Shown: in pieces, positions 24,145 to 36,370 of the stretch
Layout of the letters: each line of letters starts with the position of its first letter
Numbering within the stretch: the first letter of the stretch is position 1
From: Zancudomyces culisetae HAW-14-8
Taxonomy: Eukaryota > Fungi > Kickxellomycota
Direction of reading: 5' to 3'
DNA: 64,000 bases
Assembly: GCA_052426225.1 (NCBI GenBank)
Contig: JBNJNM010000008.1
Location: 1,302,001-1,366,000, forward strand
Notes under the pieces: model-generated
Database searches by the model: none
What the model saw: only the letters and a program-made list of their open reading frames with translations
Told to the model about the DNA's origin: nothing
Translations under genes and position numbers: made by a program

Positions 24145-25938
24145 ATGGATACTCCAAGTGATTTCAGATGGGTTCAGAATCCCCTTCAAAACGCATCTAC
24201 CGACGTCAAGCAGAAAAAACCACTCGGTTACAACTTGAAAAAGCTTCCAGAAAAAGTGGTCGAACAGGCGATAGCAAACCTCCTGTCAAAGAAAGCAATA
24301 GAGGAAGCTTCATCCGCGCAGCCAGGGTTCTACTCAAATCCGTTTACAATCCCAAAGAAGAACGGAGGCACGCGGATGGTACTGAATTTAAGGCCGTTAA
24401 ATCAGTACATCCCACAGCGACATTTCAAGATGGAGTCGCTCACAACTATCTCCAGAATGATCCGCAAAGGGGATTATATGACCAGCATAGACCTCAGCGA
24501 TGCATTTCTACACGTATTGATCAACAAAACGTCCAGAAAGTATCTCAGGTTTACATGGGGCGGTCGCACCTACCAGTACAGGGTGCTCCCATTTGGTCTA
24601 TCTTTAAGCCCACTAGTATTCACAAAAATACTAAAACCAGTACTGAAATGGGCCAGAGCTCGCGGGATACGAATGTCGAGCTACTTAGACGATTTGTTAA
24701 TCTTAGGATCAACAAAAACAGAGTGTCTAAAGTTCACAAACATGGTATCCAAAAAACTGGTGAAACTGGGATTCCTGATCAATCAGGAAAAGTCGTCAAT
24801 ACATCCCAAACAATGTATTACGCATCTTGGGATGGACATCAACAGCCGTCAGATGAGTTTCAAGATACCCAAACAGAAACTCAAAGATTTAGCGAGAGAG
24901 GCATCCAGGTTGATACACAAAGGGTGTACAACACTGAAGGATCTGGCATCATTCATTGGCAAAACGCAGGCAGTGAATATAGCACTCAGACCAGGACGAC
25001 TGATGAGCAGGAGGTTGTTAGAGCTCAAAAACAACACTCTGAAACGCACCACGGATTGGAGTTCACAAGTAACACTGAATCAGCCCGCACTGGAAAATCT
25101 GACGTGGTGGAGGGACCATCTGAAGCAATGGAATGGTCTATGCTTCCTTCCGGAGATCCCAGAGATAGAAGTATATAAGGATGCGAGCGACAATCACTGG
25201 GGGATAGTGATAGACAGCAATCAGTATACGGGGTCATGGACACGACAACAGATGAAGCTCCCTATCAATGCGAAAGAATTATTAGCTACCCAGTATGCAG
25301 TGAAGCTGCCACAGGTTCAGGGAAAGAGTGTTGTTGTATATTGCGACAACAACACTTCAATCAGCTACATCAAGAAGCATGGGGGAACCAAATCAGTGAA
25401 TCTGATGGACATTTCGGAAGCAATTTGGAAACATTGCATCAGCAATGGCACTCGGGTTCAGATTCAGTATGTGCCATCAATACTGAATCCAGCGGATGCA
25501 CCATCACGTTTAACAGCTCAAACAGAGTGGTCACTATCAGACAAGATGTTTCAGAAGATACAGAAACAGTTCGGTCCACACGATGTGGACATGTTTGCCA
25601 ACAACAACAACCACAAACTACCAACATTTGTGAGTTGGAAATGGACACCAGAAGCAGCAAAAACGAATGCATTCAATCATCATTGGAGCATTTGGACGAA
25701 TCCATACCTTTGTCCACCATGGAATCTGATACAGAAAACACTACAGAAGATCAGACAGGACAAAGTATCAGCGACATTGATAACACCGTTTTGGAGGTCA
25801 GCACCATGGTATCCAGACCTCAAGAGCATGCTAATAGCTCGACCGATCAAGATATTAGCTCCACAGATAATTCCGGATCCAAAAAGCGGAAAGCAAGTGA
25901 CACAGATAAACAAAACATGGTCGCTTACGGCTTGGTAA
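24145..25938 (+). CDS. DIRS RT-RNase H-DNA adenine methyltransferase-like polyprotein (true N-terminus frameshifted near 24185)
   Basis: IDLSDAF, LPFGLSLSP, YLDD, YKDAS, INAKEL, DN..S, ADAPSR, DVDMFA...YLCPPW. Confidence 0.92.
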   Translation: MDTPSDFRWVQNPLQNASTDVKQKKPLGYNLKKLPEKVVEQAIANLLSKKAIEEASSAQPGFYSNPFTIPKKNGGTRMVLNLRPLNQYIPQRHFKMESLTTISRMIRKGDYMTSIDLSDAFLHVLINKTSRKYLRFTWGGRTYQYRVLPFGLSLSPLVFTKILKPVLKWARARGIRMSSYLDDLLILGSTKTECLKFTNMVSKKLVKLGFLINQEKSSIHPKQCITHLGMDINSRQMSFKIPKQKLKDLAREASRLIHKGCTTLKDLASFIGKTQAVNIALRPGRLMSRRLLELKNNTLKRTTDWSSQVTLNQPALENLTWWRDHLKQWNGLCFLPEIPEIEVYKDASDNHWGIVIDSNQYTGSWTRQQMKLPINAKELLATQYAVKLPQVQGKSVVVYCDNNTSISYIKKHGGTKSVNLMDISEAIWKHCISNGTRVQIQYVPSILNPADAPSRLTAQTEWSLSDKMFQKIQKQFGPHDVDMFANNNNHKLPTFVSWKWTPEAAKTNAFNHHWSIWTNPYLCPPWNLIQKTLQKIRQDKVSATLITPFWRSAPWYPDLKSMLIARPIKILAPQIIPDPKSGKQVTQINKTWSLTAW

Positions 25939-26932
25939 TTAAGCGCGCACGTCTTGAAACAACGGGTTTAAAAGATTCAGTTATCACGTTAATGACAACT
26001 GGTAAACGAAATATGGCAAAACAAAAACAATATTACAACATCAAGGTAAAGTTTATTAAGTGGTTAGAGTCTGCAAAACTTGATATTAATAACGTTTCAG
26101 TTGTTGATGTTATCAATTTCCTTGATGAACATCGTATTAGTAACAATTTAAAAGTTGGTACTATAAAAAACTACAAGTCAGCTATCATCGATATTAATGC
26201 AGAATGGCGAACATTTAGCAGCGATATTTTGATGATTGATTATTTAAAACAGCTCGATTCAACTTCAGTTCGATCTTTTAACAACCCTAACTACGACATT
26301 AATCCGATTATCGAACATATTAAAAATTTTGGTTCAAATTTTAAAATGAGCAAGCAAAATTTAACAATTAAATTTTGTTGGTTGCTAGCAATTTGTGGAT
26401 TTTTGAGACCTTCTGACATTGAACGAATCGACGATTCAAAGACGGAAATCAATAAAGATTACGTTAAATTTGTTATTGTTGGACCAAAAGAAAAGCGAAG
26501 TGGAAATCCGATTGAAAAGGTCAGTATAATCCACGCACATAGCGACTATAAATTATGTCCTGTAGTAACATACAGAGCATATAAAAAACGCATTGCAACT
26601 TTTCCGAGTATTGAAACCATCCGATCCTCGATGGAGTACAATTGCACTACCTTATCCGCAACTTAAAGTATAACGACAAACACATTGGGGCACAACGAAT
26701 CAGTAAACATATTAATTCATTGATGTCACTCTTGCAGTTGCCAGAAAGCGCAAAGTTACCAAAAGCTCGAGCATTAGGATCTACTAGAGCTACAAAGCTA
26801 GGTACGACATACGACGATGTTATTGCACAAGGATTTTGGGCAAGTAAAGGTATATTTGATACTTATTATCAATTATCACGTAGAACTCGTGAAAATTTAA
26901 CTCAATTTATCTTGAACTCTGAAGCTACATAA
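25236..26932 (+). pseudogene. DIRS tyrosine recombinase, frameshifted near 26640
   Basis: FLRPSD (catalytic R), GPKEKR, LCPV, KARALGST, GFWAS...FDTYY (catalytic Y). Confidence 0.88.
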
Positions 26933-27352
26933 TTGTATCTGGATAAGTGAAGCATAATAATATGTTTAGTTGAATGAAATGAAAACTTATTATTATTATG
27001 CGAACATCCAGATACAATTATGTCCCACCCAATTCCCACCCATACCTAGCTCAACGATGGTAAAGATTCATCAGGAAACAGGGGACATCAGTTTATATAT
27101 GGTTTAAATTTATTATATTTAGTTAGTTTTACTTATTTTAAAAAAATTATACAGTGATGTCTGTCATTACACACATCATTACGTATAAAGTTTCTAAATT
27201 TAACACTCTTTTTATCGATTTAATTTTTTACCAAATTTTAAGGTAATGGATTAATCGATAATAATAGTATCTAGTAAAAAATTTACGATGTATAATAAAG
27301 ATTGGTACACACAATTGTATCTGGATAAATATAGCATAAAAACAATATTAAA

Positions 27353-29110
27353 CAGTGACTCGAAAAATTGTTCATATGATTTGATGTCCATTAAAAAATT
27401 ATTATATCTCACGAATACTATATCGTATCCCTATAAATTTTACAATTATTATACATCCATATACCACGTATTACCTTTCGAATTTTTAGATTACTTGAAA
27501 TAACCAATCAACTGTAGTTATACGTTTGTAAAGATATTTTATTTGAACAATTTTTTGGTTTTAAATTAAATTTATCAATTTTGTTGTTATATTATTCATT
27601 TTGATAGATATCATTTAAAAAATTTACATTATACTAGATTTAACTAACAATTATCTACACAATCCATTTTATTATTAAAATACAAAATTTTGATCAATTT
27701 AAATACGATGTAAAAACTCAATAATGAAAAAGTTTGGAGTGTTATAAATCTGCTGAATAATGGATACTCATATGTCACAGAACGAGTTTTATTAGTTAAA
27801 CAGGGTTGTAATTCTTAAGGAATTACAGCTAGGCAAATGTTATTAATTAAATACTAAGTAAATATTAGAATAAATGTTATGGGAGGTTAGATGTCACCTG
27901 ATTGGCCATGACACTCATATAGCCATATTGCATCTAAACTATCTATTAGTAAAGGGACAATATCTAACATAATAAAAAAGTATCGTCCATCAATAAAAAA
28001 TATTTCACCTGGCAGCCCAAATAAATTGACAAAAGCTAATGAGCGATTAATAATTCGGAAAATTACGTCTGGACAATTTGATACAGCGACAGACGCTTCA
28101 AAATTTCTCAAGGATAATATCCTCGTATCTGTGGTTCCTCAAACAGTGCGATATGGCTAGAAAAGTATTTGGTTTAAGTGCAAAACCTAAGGTCAAAAAA
28201 ATTATGCTAAAATTAGGCCAAATTAAACGACGACTTGCATTTGATAAAAAATATCAGCATTGAACTGTAGAAGACTGGAAACGTGTGATATGGTCTGACG
28301 AGACGAAAATTAACAGATATGGATCAGATGGGCGCATGTGGTGCTGGAAAATACAAGGGAGCCAGTTAAAACCGAACCATGTTAAAAAAACTATAAAACA
28401 TGGTGGAGGTTCAATCATGATATGGGGATGCATGACTTCAGAAGGCCCAGGATATCTTACTAAAATTGATTGCGGACTTAATGCAGAGTTGTACTGTGAT
28501 ATTCTTGAAGACGAACAGGTAAAACCAATGGAGTGGTACGACTTAGACAGGGAAAGTACAACTTTTCAGCATGATAACGATCCAAAACACACCGCAAAAA
28601 TCACAAAAACCTGGTTGCAAACTAACTCAATTCAGGTGCTTGACTGGCCAGCGCAGTCACCTGACCTAAATCCAATTGAACATCTATGGGTCAATTTGAA
28701 AAGACGGCTGTCAAATCACGAAAATGCACCAAAAGAGATGAACGAACTTTGGGACCGCGTACAAGACGAGTGGCATAAGATAACACGTGACGAGTGTATG
28801 TCGCTAATCAGTAGCATGCCAACAAGAATTCATGCTGTATTAAAGCCAGTGGTGACTATACTAAATGCTAGTTTAATTACGTTTATATATTTTTTTATTA
28901 TTAGCAAAATAATTGTTCAAATAAAATATCTTTACAAAAAGTTTAACTACAGTTGATTGGCTGCTTCAAGTATTCTAAAAATATGATAGGTAATACATGG
29001 TATATGGATGTATATTAATTGTAAAATATATAGGGATACGATATATATTCGCTAGATATAATAATTTTTTATTGGACATCAAATCATATGAACAATATTT
29101 TATGATACTG
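27353..29110 (+). mobile_element. Tc1-family transposon, ~215 bp TIRs, transposase disrupted N-terminally (DDE part 28285-28956)
   Basis: CAGTGACTC...CTG|TA termini, WSDETK, QHDNDPKH, SPDLNPIEHLW. Confidence 0.93.
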
Positions 29111-29112
29111 TA

Positions 29113-31110
29113 AATGCAAAAGCTTAATTAATAAATAGAAGCATCTAACAATATCCGGCAAGTTTTTGCTTACTATTACATTTGTTTATAAATAAGGTTT
29201 TGTACAATGCCTAGTCATCCGTTTAGAAAACACATTAGAGACAAACTCTAAAGATAAACCTAGAATTTTATTGGAATGATAAAAAATCAAGAATTGGGAA
29301 TAAAAAACTCGTACAGTCAGATGACCTGGGTGGTTATGGATTGATCCCATTGATTCATAGTTGAACTCATTATTTTTTAAATGGGGTTTAGATTATATTA
29401 CTAGGTTAATGTAAATTATTGAAAATGGTATATTTTTGTGGCTGTCATGATTTATCATGACATAACTGCAATTTTTAATTTCACTTAAAAATAGTAATTG
29501 TTAGATTTATCTAACATTTTCTCCGCAAATTATATTCATTCTCAAATGAATTTATTTAAAAAATTTAGTAAACATTTTACCCGTTGTGGAGAATGTTTCA
29601 ATAACTGCAATTCATAAAAATATTGCAGTTAATATATTAACGATGTTTTAGTTTGAACATTCTCTAGTTTAGTTTTTAATAAGTTTTATTTTCCGACTTG
29701 AAATTCTATTTAGGTAAATTATATAAATGATAGGATTTTATTGCAAAGGATATCATTAGCAATTAATTACTTTCATTCCATAGTAATTTATATAATAAAT
29801 CAAGAAATAAGTAATAATTATAGTACTTAGCGTCAGGTTCTGACTCTGGCAAGAAATAGCAGAAATTTCTTAATTTATCCAATAACTCAAAAAAATATGA
29901 TAGCGATGAAATTGTACTTTAATACGCTTTTTTGGTGAAAAAAGACTCAATGTGCCAATATGGATTATTTTTGGTCAAAATATGCCAAATATACATAAAT
30001 TTATTAAAATTGAAATTACAAACTTAAAAAATTGGGAATTAATAAATAAATTTATAAGCGTTAATTTAAAAAAAGTATGATTGACTTATACTTTTCATAA
30101 AAGATATATTATTAATGCAGCAATTATTTAAAATAAATGTATCCGATTTTTTCGGTAATTAAAAAAAAATTCTGAGCAAATATGATATATCAAAATACTC
30201 AGTAGAAATTGGATCGAAATCAATGACTTTTTATTAAGTAAAAATGATGAATTCAATTTTTTTAGGACTGAAAATAAAGCAAAACTCACCAGGATACCAA
30301 AAGGGAAGCTGTCCATTTTTTATAGTTTAGAATGGTCCTAAACAACAAAGATGGCACGGCAATACTTATAGGGGCAACTTATAGCAACTGTGCAAAGAGT
30401 AAAAGTAGAGCCAAACTATAAGAAAATAGGGATAGAAATTAACAGTATAGAGCGCTTTAACTGGAAAAAAATACGAACATTGAACGTGCAACCAAAAATA
30501 ATGAGCTAACTATGGTTGCTGTATCATGGAGAAATTATAACAGGGAAAAATATAAATATGTGGAGCATGAACTGTGGAAAAATATACGGTGAAAGGAGCT
30601 GTAGATTATGTAAGGAGAACGAAGACTACAAACATATGCTATACGACTGTAGTCGAATGCAAAAATATTGGAAGAAGATAAGCGAATTTATTCAAGGAGG
30701 TGAAGATGAAAATAGAACAGATAACAAATAACTATAAAAGATATCTATATATGTTTAATAAATATAAAGGAAAAATACCCGGAAGAAATATTGTACATGC
30801 ACTGGCAATATGGAACATTCATCGCGCTCGAACCGAAAGCTCGTTGTTGAATGTCAACTTAACTGGGACAGAACTGTTTCATCGTTTTCGTGGAATGCTT
30901 CGAGCAAAGATTGACCAAGATTATAAATACCAAACGCTAATAGATTTAAACGAACATGCTTAAAGCCAAATGTTCGTGGTTCTCTAATGAGCTAGGAGAG
31001 GAAATATAAATCGATGAATAGTGTATCTTCCTTTTCGTTTTACTTTTTAATACTATATTGAGCGTATTAAGTATATATTTTTTTGAGAAATAAAAACTTT
31101 GGAATAAAAA
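29113..31110 (+). mobile_element. 3' part of a degenerate L1/Tx1-like LINE ORF2 (zf-RVT region) and A-rich tail
   Basis: DDLGGYGL, CRLCKENEDYKHMLYDC..W, LAIWNIHRAR motifs; many stops. Confidence 0.75.
29443..29845 (+). mobile_element. Solo LTR of the Tf1-like family inserted in the LINE
   Basis: Starts TGTCATGA..TCATGACA like 8440-8460, collinear similarity to 8067-8460, 5-bp TSD GTGGC/CTGGC (1 mismatch). Confidence 0.8.
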
Positions 31111-31414
31111 TAAGTTAAGATAATGCTTAAACTTAGTAAAATTAAAATTAATATATTTAAATAAATTTAAATAAATATAAATAAATATAAATAATTATTA
31201 ATAAATATTATTAAATATTAATAAAATAAAAATTATTTAAAATAGATTTGAAATCTAAAAACATTATAAAGCATTAACCAAGCTCGCTAGTGTCAGCGAT
31301 AAATGTTAATATACTAGATAAAGTCTAATAAACACTAACAAACTACATAAATACTCAAAAAGTATAAAATAATAAAAAAAAAAATAAAGATTTTGAAATT
31401 TAGATTAGGTGAAA

Positions 31415-34400
31415 TGAGTTCTCAAAAGGAAGTGAAAACCCACAGCTTTACAGTGGTGCGGCCAAAAATGGCCTAAAACCCAATATGGGAGCAAAAATAA
31501 AGGGACTGGGAACGCCGAAAGGCAAGTACCTTGAAGATGAAAAGGGAGTTGGAAGTTTTTCATTCAAAAAAAATGAAAATTTTTATCTTTTACTCCTTCA
31601 AGTACTTACTTGACAAAGGTAAGGGGGAAGCCTGTAAAAGGATATGCAAGGGGGGCTCCGACTTAAAAATCGGGATTCACCTTCACTCCCTTGGTGAGGT
31701 CCAGGAAGCTGGAATCCGAACCATCACCAACTCTCTAGGTGACACCTTATTCAATCTGTATATTGATAACGGCGCAGGAATTGCGTACTTCATTTTTCAC
31801 AGCATTGAAGATGCAAATCTTCTGCTGAAAAGTGAGATTGAACATGCCTGAAAAAAGCTCAGCTTTTTTCAGACAATAAGCTATGGATTGAAGCTTACGT
31901 TCATTCACATCCCTGACTTTAGGGTGGCCCACATTAAAGCGGTCGTTGAGCAAGCCTATAGACTTCTTGCACCGCTAGGTGAGATTAAAGATATTGGTGC
32001 TTGGAAATCAACTGACTGTTTTGGAGTGGCGCCATTCGACATTAGGATCCTGTTTGTAAAGAAGAGTGCAGATATCGAAATCCCAAACTGCTTGGTAATC
32101 GAAGAGCGAAAAATCCCTATGGTTTTACTAGGGTGCTCAAAAATCTGTACCTTCTGCTCAAGCTTGTAACACTGGAAGTCAGTTTGCTCAGAGTTAAAGC
32201 TAAATAATCTAAAAAAAATTATAAAAATAGTTAATATAATAACATAAATAAAAAAGGAAAACTAATTACAGGCGATAAATCTAATAACAATCTTTCCAAA
32301 GCTCAGAAAAAAATAAATAGGGAGCTAGAGCAGTCTCAGAAAGCAAAGGACGCCGAGATTGAAAAAACACTTGAAGCGGAACTTGCTATTGCTCGAGAGC
32401 TGGAAGAGCAAGAGAGAAATAAGCAACTGGAGAAGGGCCCTGAGATCCCAACTGCTTCTGATCAACCTACAGTTGAGCAACCTCAAATTGAGGAGGAACA
32501 GTCAGAGGGAAACGGGATGGTGGTCGATGAAATTGGGACCGCAGATCCTACTGCCACCCAAGATTCCACTCCCCAATTGACTCAGGATCAGGTTGATATA
32601 CCTGAAAATATTTCAGGCAATCAAGCTCCAGCCAGTCAGGCTTCAAAGAAACCTGGAAATGCGACAAAGAGTAATAATACTCAAAAAATTGCATTTCCAG
32701 GACACCCAATTATTACTAATAGGGTGTTGAAAGTAGGACTGTGCCAGGTACAGTGGGATTACCTAATCTTACAACAGTAGGTAAGAAAAAACAATCTAAT
32801 TCATCAAATATGAATTTGGATTGTTAAGGTAGGATTTCATTTAATAATCTATAATTAAATTTTTTACTTTTAATATTAAGGCTATACGGAGACCTCAAAA
32901 ACGGTCCGAAGCATTTAAGTATTTAAAATTTATGTCTAACTCAGACATAATTTGTCTTCAGAAAGTACATTTTGTTCCTGAGGATGAGCAGTTTTGGTCA
33001 TCTCAATGGGGAGGTGATTGCATTTGGGCACTAAATACTGATATCTTAATTAATAATAATGAATTTAAAATACTGGAGAGTGATGTTTTCATCGACGGCC
33101 GTGTTATATTCGCCCGATTGAAACATCTCAAAACCGATGTTAAGTTTACTATATTTAATTTATACTTCCCATTGACTCCAAAAACTCCAGACAAAACTTT
33201 ATTAACTGTCTTGAGATAATAATAAAAAAATATGACATCCTACTCAATATGAATATTATAATGATTGGGGACTTTGCTATGGTACCAAGCAATGTTTTGG
33301 ATCAAAATTCTCCGATATTAAGCCTACTCGTGGGAGAGTATATATATCATATCATTTTAATCTTATAAATCTACATAATATATTTATTAATAAAAAAAAT
33401 GGAGGCAGTATACCTTTGAAAGCGGTGATGGAAAAAGTAAGTCAATAATTGACCACATCCTAGTGGGTAATTATAGATTACAATTCTAAACAACTTCAAG
33501 ATTGATGTAGGGCCATTTTCGGACCACCGATATATTGAAGTCTGTACAGTTAGGATCCAATAAGTTGTGATTCTCCTAAAAAGAACCACGACAATTGGAA
33601 ACTTAATTCAAGTCACTTAAAAAATGACAAACCTGTGAATCTAGCAAAGGTATTTTGGACAGTTTTAATCCTTCTTTAGTTCCTATTCTTGAATGGTCTA
33701 AAGCGAAATCAATGATTAAAATCTATTTTATTGATTTTGGCAAAAAAGTGTATAAAAACAAAGCAAATTTGCTTGAGTCCAAAATTTTTGTGTAAATATA
33801 ACGATATTAATAACGCTTATAAAATCCGGACACTGTGATATATGCTAAAAATAGAATTAGATAATAAGTGTCGAGGTATGGATATTAGAAGTAGAGCCAA
33901 TTACTTTGAAAAGGGTGAGCAAAGCAACAAATACTTTTCAATCGATTAAATTTAGTGATAAGAGAAAATAAATTGAAGAAATATTTGTTGAAGATAACTC
34001 TACTTGTAATAATCATAATGAAATATCTAGGTAAATTTATAAATTAATAGTAAACTATTTAATGAAGGAACAACAGTGATGGATTGTCAAAATATATTAC
34101 TCAATAACATAACAAATATGTTGCGTTGTTGGTTTTCCCTTTGGCTGGACTATTCTTATTCATCACGGCTTTACCAAAGATAGGGTTCGTTCTTTTGTTC
34201 TTTATTTTTAAAAATTGGAGTAAGAGTTTAGTAAAAATTTGTTTATTTTGAAAAATTATCCTAAAATGTTTTTAAATTTTGTAAGAAAAACTAATATATT
34301 AACGACTGTTTTTAACGACTAGGTAATTTGGTAAGCCCCGCTAACAATCCTCATCTTGGGTATGTATTAGCGTGTTTCAAATCCTGTGTATATTTTCAGT

Positions 34401-35225
34401 TTTGGTTTTGTGTACTTAGATCTTTTGAAAATAGCTTTATTTTTATTTTGATAAAAACGAAATCTCTTTTTTTTTGCGACTCCTCCTTTCTGCTTTGTCT
34501 TCTACCCTTTCATAATGGGAAGTTTTCCATAGCCCATAAAAAACACTAATAAGTTTGGATAATGTATAAAATCAATAAAATGGAAAAAAGACATCAATAC
34601 ACTAGTTTTGACACTAAAATTTGGCGTCCATTATTGTTAGGTTTTTAGTTGTCTTGAATTGACAGTGTAAATCACTTAAATTTACATTTCCACAAATAGG
34701 CAAACTAGTCTGGAGGCAAAAGTGCTAGTTAGCTCAATAATTATTGAGGAAATTCAAAAGACAATCAAGAAATGTCCCAGGAATAAAGCACCTGGACCTG
34801 ATGGATTGACCTTTATATATTACAAGCACTTTGAACAAGAGACTACAATAATTCGTTATGAATTATACAATTCACCCCTACAGAACTATAATGAGCATCT
34901 AGGAAGGTAATAATCTTTTTGATTCGCAAAACCGGCGATCAGAAGCAGATTAAACACTATCGTCCATGAATTTTATATAATTGTGACGAGATAATCTTAG
35001 CTAGAATTCTAGCCTCTAGGTTGCAGAATATATTAGGTAAGTTAATTAACCAGTCTCAAACTGGGTTTATCAAAAATCGTAGCATCTTTGATTATATCCA
35101 TATGACTAATAACTAAATGTGTTTTGGTCAACTAGACCCAGACATTTATAATGGCACTTGATTCAAATTATCAAATAAAAGATTATGATTGAGTAGACTG
35201 GGATTTTATGTTTAAGTGATGAATG
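31415..35225 (+). mobile_element. Degenerate L1/Tx1-like LINE: ORF1 (CCHC knuckle), APE endonuclease, start of RT
   Basis: CTFCSSL*HWKSVC, TFNI...DIICLQ, IGDF, FSDH, NKAPGPDGL, QTGFIKNRSI motifs. Confidence 0.85.
34119..34694. mobile_element. Solo LTR inserted in LINE ORF2
   Basis: TGTTG...CCACA flanked by a 4-bp TSD (AATA); homologous to 220-765; the LINE reading resumes on both sides. Confidence 0.82.
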
Positions 35226-35679
35226 CATTGGTTTTATACAATGATTAATTAATACATGATATAATACAATGGAGCGACGAACAGTGAAATGTACACTCCT
35301 TTTCATCGGATATTAAATATATATATCAGATTAAACACATGGTGATTGATATATTTGTATTAAACAATATAAATCTATTATGTTTATTAATTAAAATTAA
35401 TTGACGGATTTTTTATAGATACCATTTAATATATAACCAATACATATGATTTTTATTATCAGATTGAATTTATAAGAATTTTATATTGATTTAGATAAAT
35501 TTAAATCATACAGTACATACCATATTATTAATCAATCTATGTTATTATTATGTATTATATTGATAAAATTAATGATTATAAATATCAGTATTTAATGGAA
35601 ATTAAATATATGTATTATGTTTTCTATATTAATATCAATGTTACACATATATAACATAGTATAAATCAGTAACTATTAA

Positions 35680-36370
35680 ATTAATTTCAAAAAAATCATT
35701 AATTTCTGTCCACCTACCATTAAACTAAATAACCGCTTCAACACTTTAGGGCGACTATCTATGAGACCAAGTATAGTTACACTTAAATATGATTCCATTC
35801 CGTTTCAATTCGCTCCCATAATTCGATCATCCCGGACGGAAGTTTACTGTATCTATTTATGCGTCTTTTGATAATTGTTCATATATTTTCGATTGTGTTT
35901 AAGTCAGAGATATTATCGGCCAGTCCAATGTATTTTATTCCTCGTTTTCAAGCCATCATGTACCTAAATTTGAGGTATTTTTAAGATCATTGTAATGTTT
36001 ATATATTATTGACTTGGGATCCAAATTGTATATCTTTATTGTATCCAAAGCATGTCTTTTATAACGTTTATAAACATATATTAAATACTTTTATATATTA
36101 GGCAATGTAGCCAGTCATAAATGCTGTGATACATCCATCACTCATTTATATCTCTACCGTGTAACACGGTCAGGTTAATATTGTGCGGCTGTAGACTCAC
36201 ACAATCTCATACCCAAGTCTAATCATTTCCATCAATTCCAAATCGGTCGATTTTAGTATCGTCGGACCTAATTACTCGTCTCCAATCATCAGTAGTCCAG
36301 TGGCGATGAGATATTGCGCTTTTCAACTTTTTCGTTATATTATTAAGGCTCAGTTTCGATTAGGAGGCCA
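35680..36370 (-). pseudogene. Heavily A/T-shifted copy of the Tc1 transposase at 11150-11840
   Basis: Runs of exact reverse-complement identity (e.g. TTCGCTCCCATAATTCGATCATCCCGGACGGA; CCAATCATCAGTAGTCCAGTGGCGATGAGA). Confidence 0.8.

Larger units (their letters stand above)
24120..27350 (+). mobile_element. DIRS-type tyrosine-recombinase retrotransposon (gag and left end lost)
   Basis: RT-RNase H-methyltransferase-like ORF, overlapping YR ORF, and a 3' complementary region with a repeated ATCCAGATACAATT motif. Confidence 0.92.

Noticed and set aside
24168-25178. 336-aa alternative-frame ORF inside DIRS RT
   Set aside because: Long overlapping frames are a known DIRS feature, and no separate domain is recognisable.
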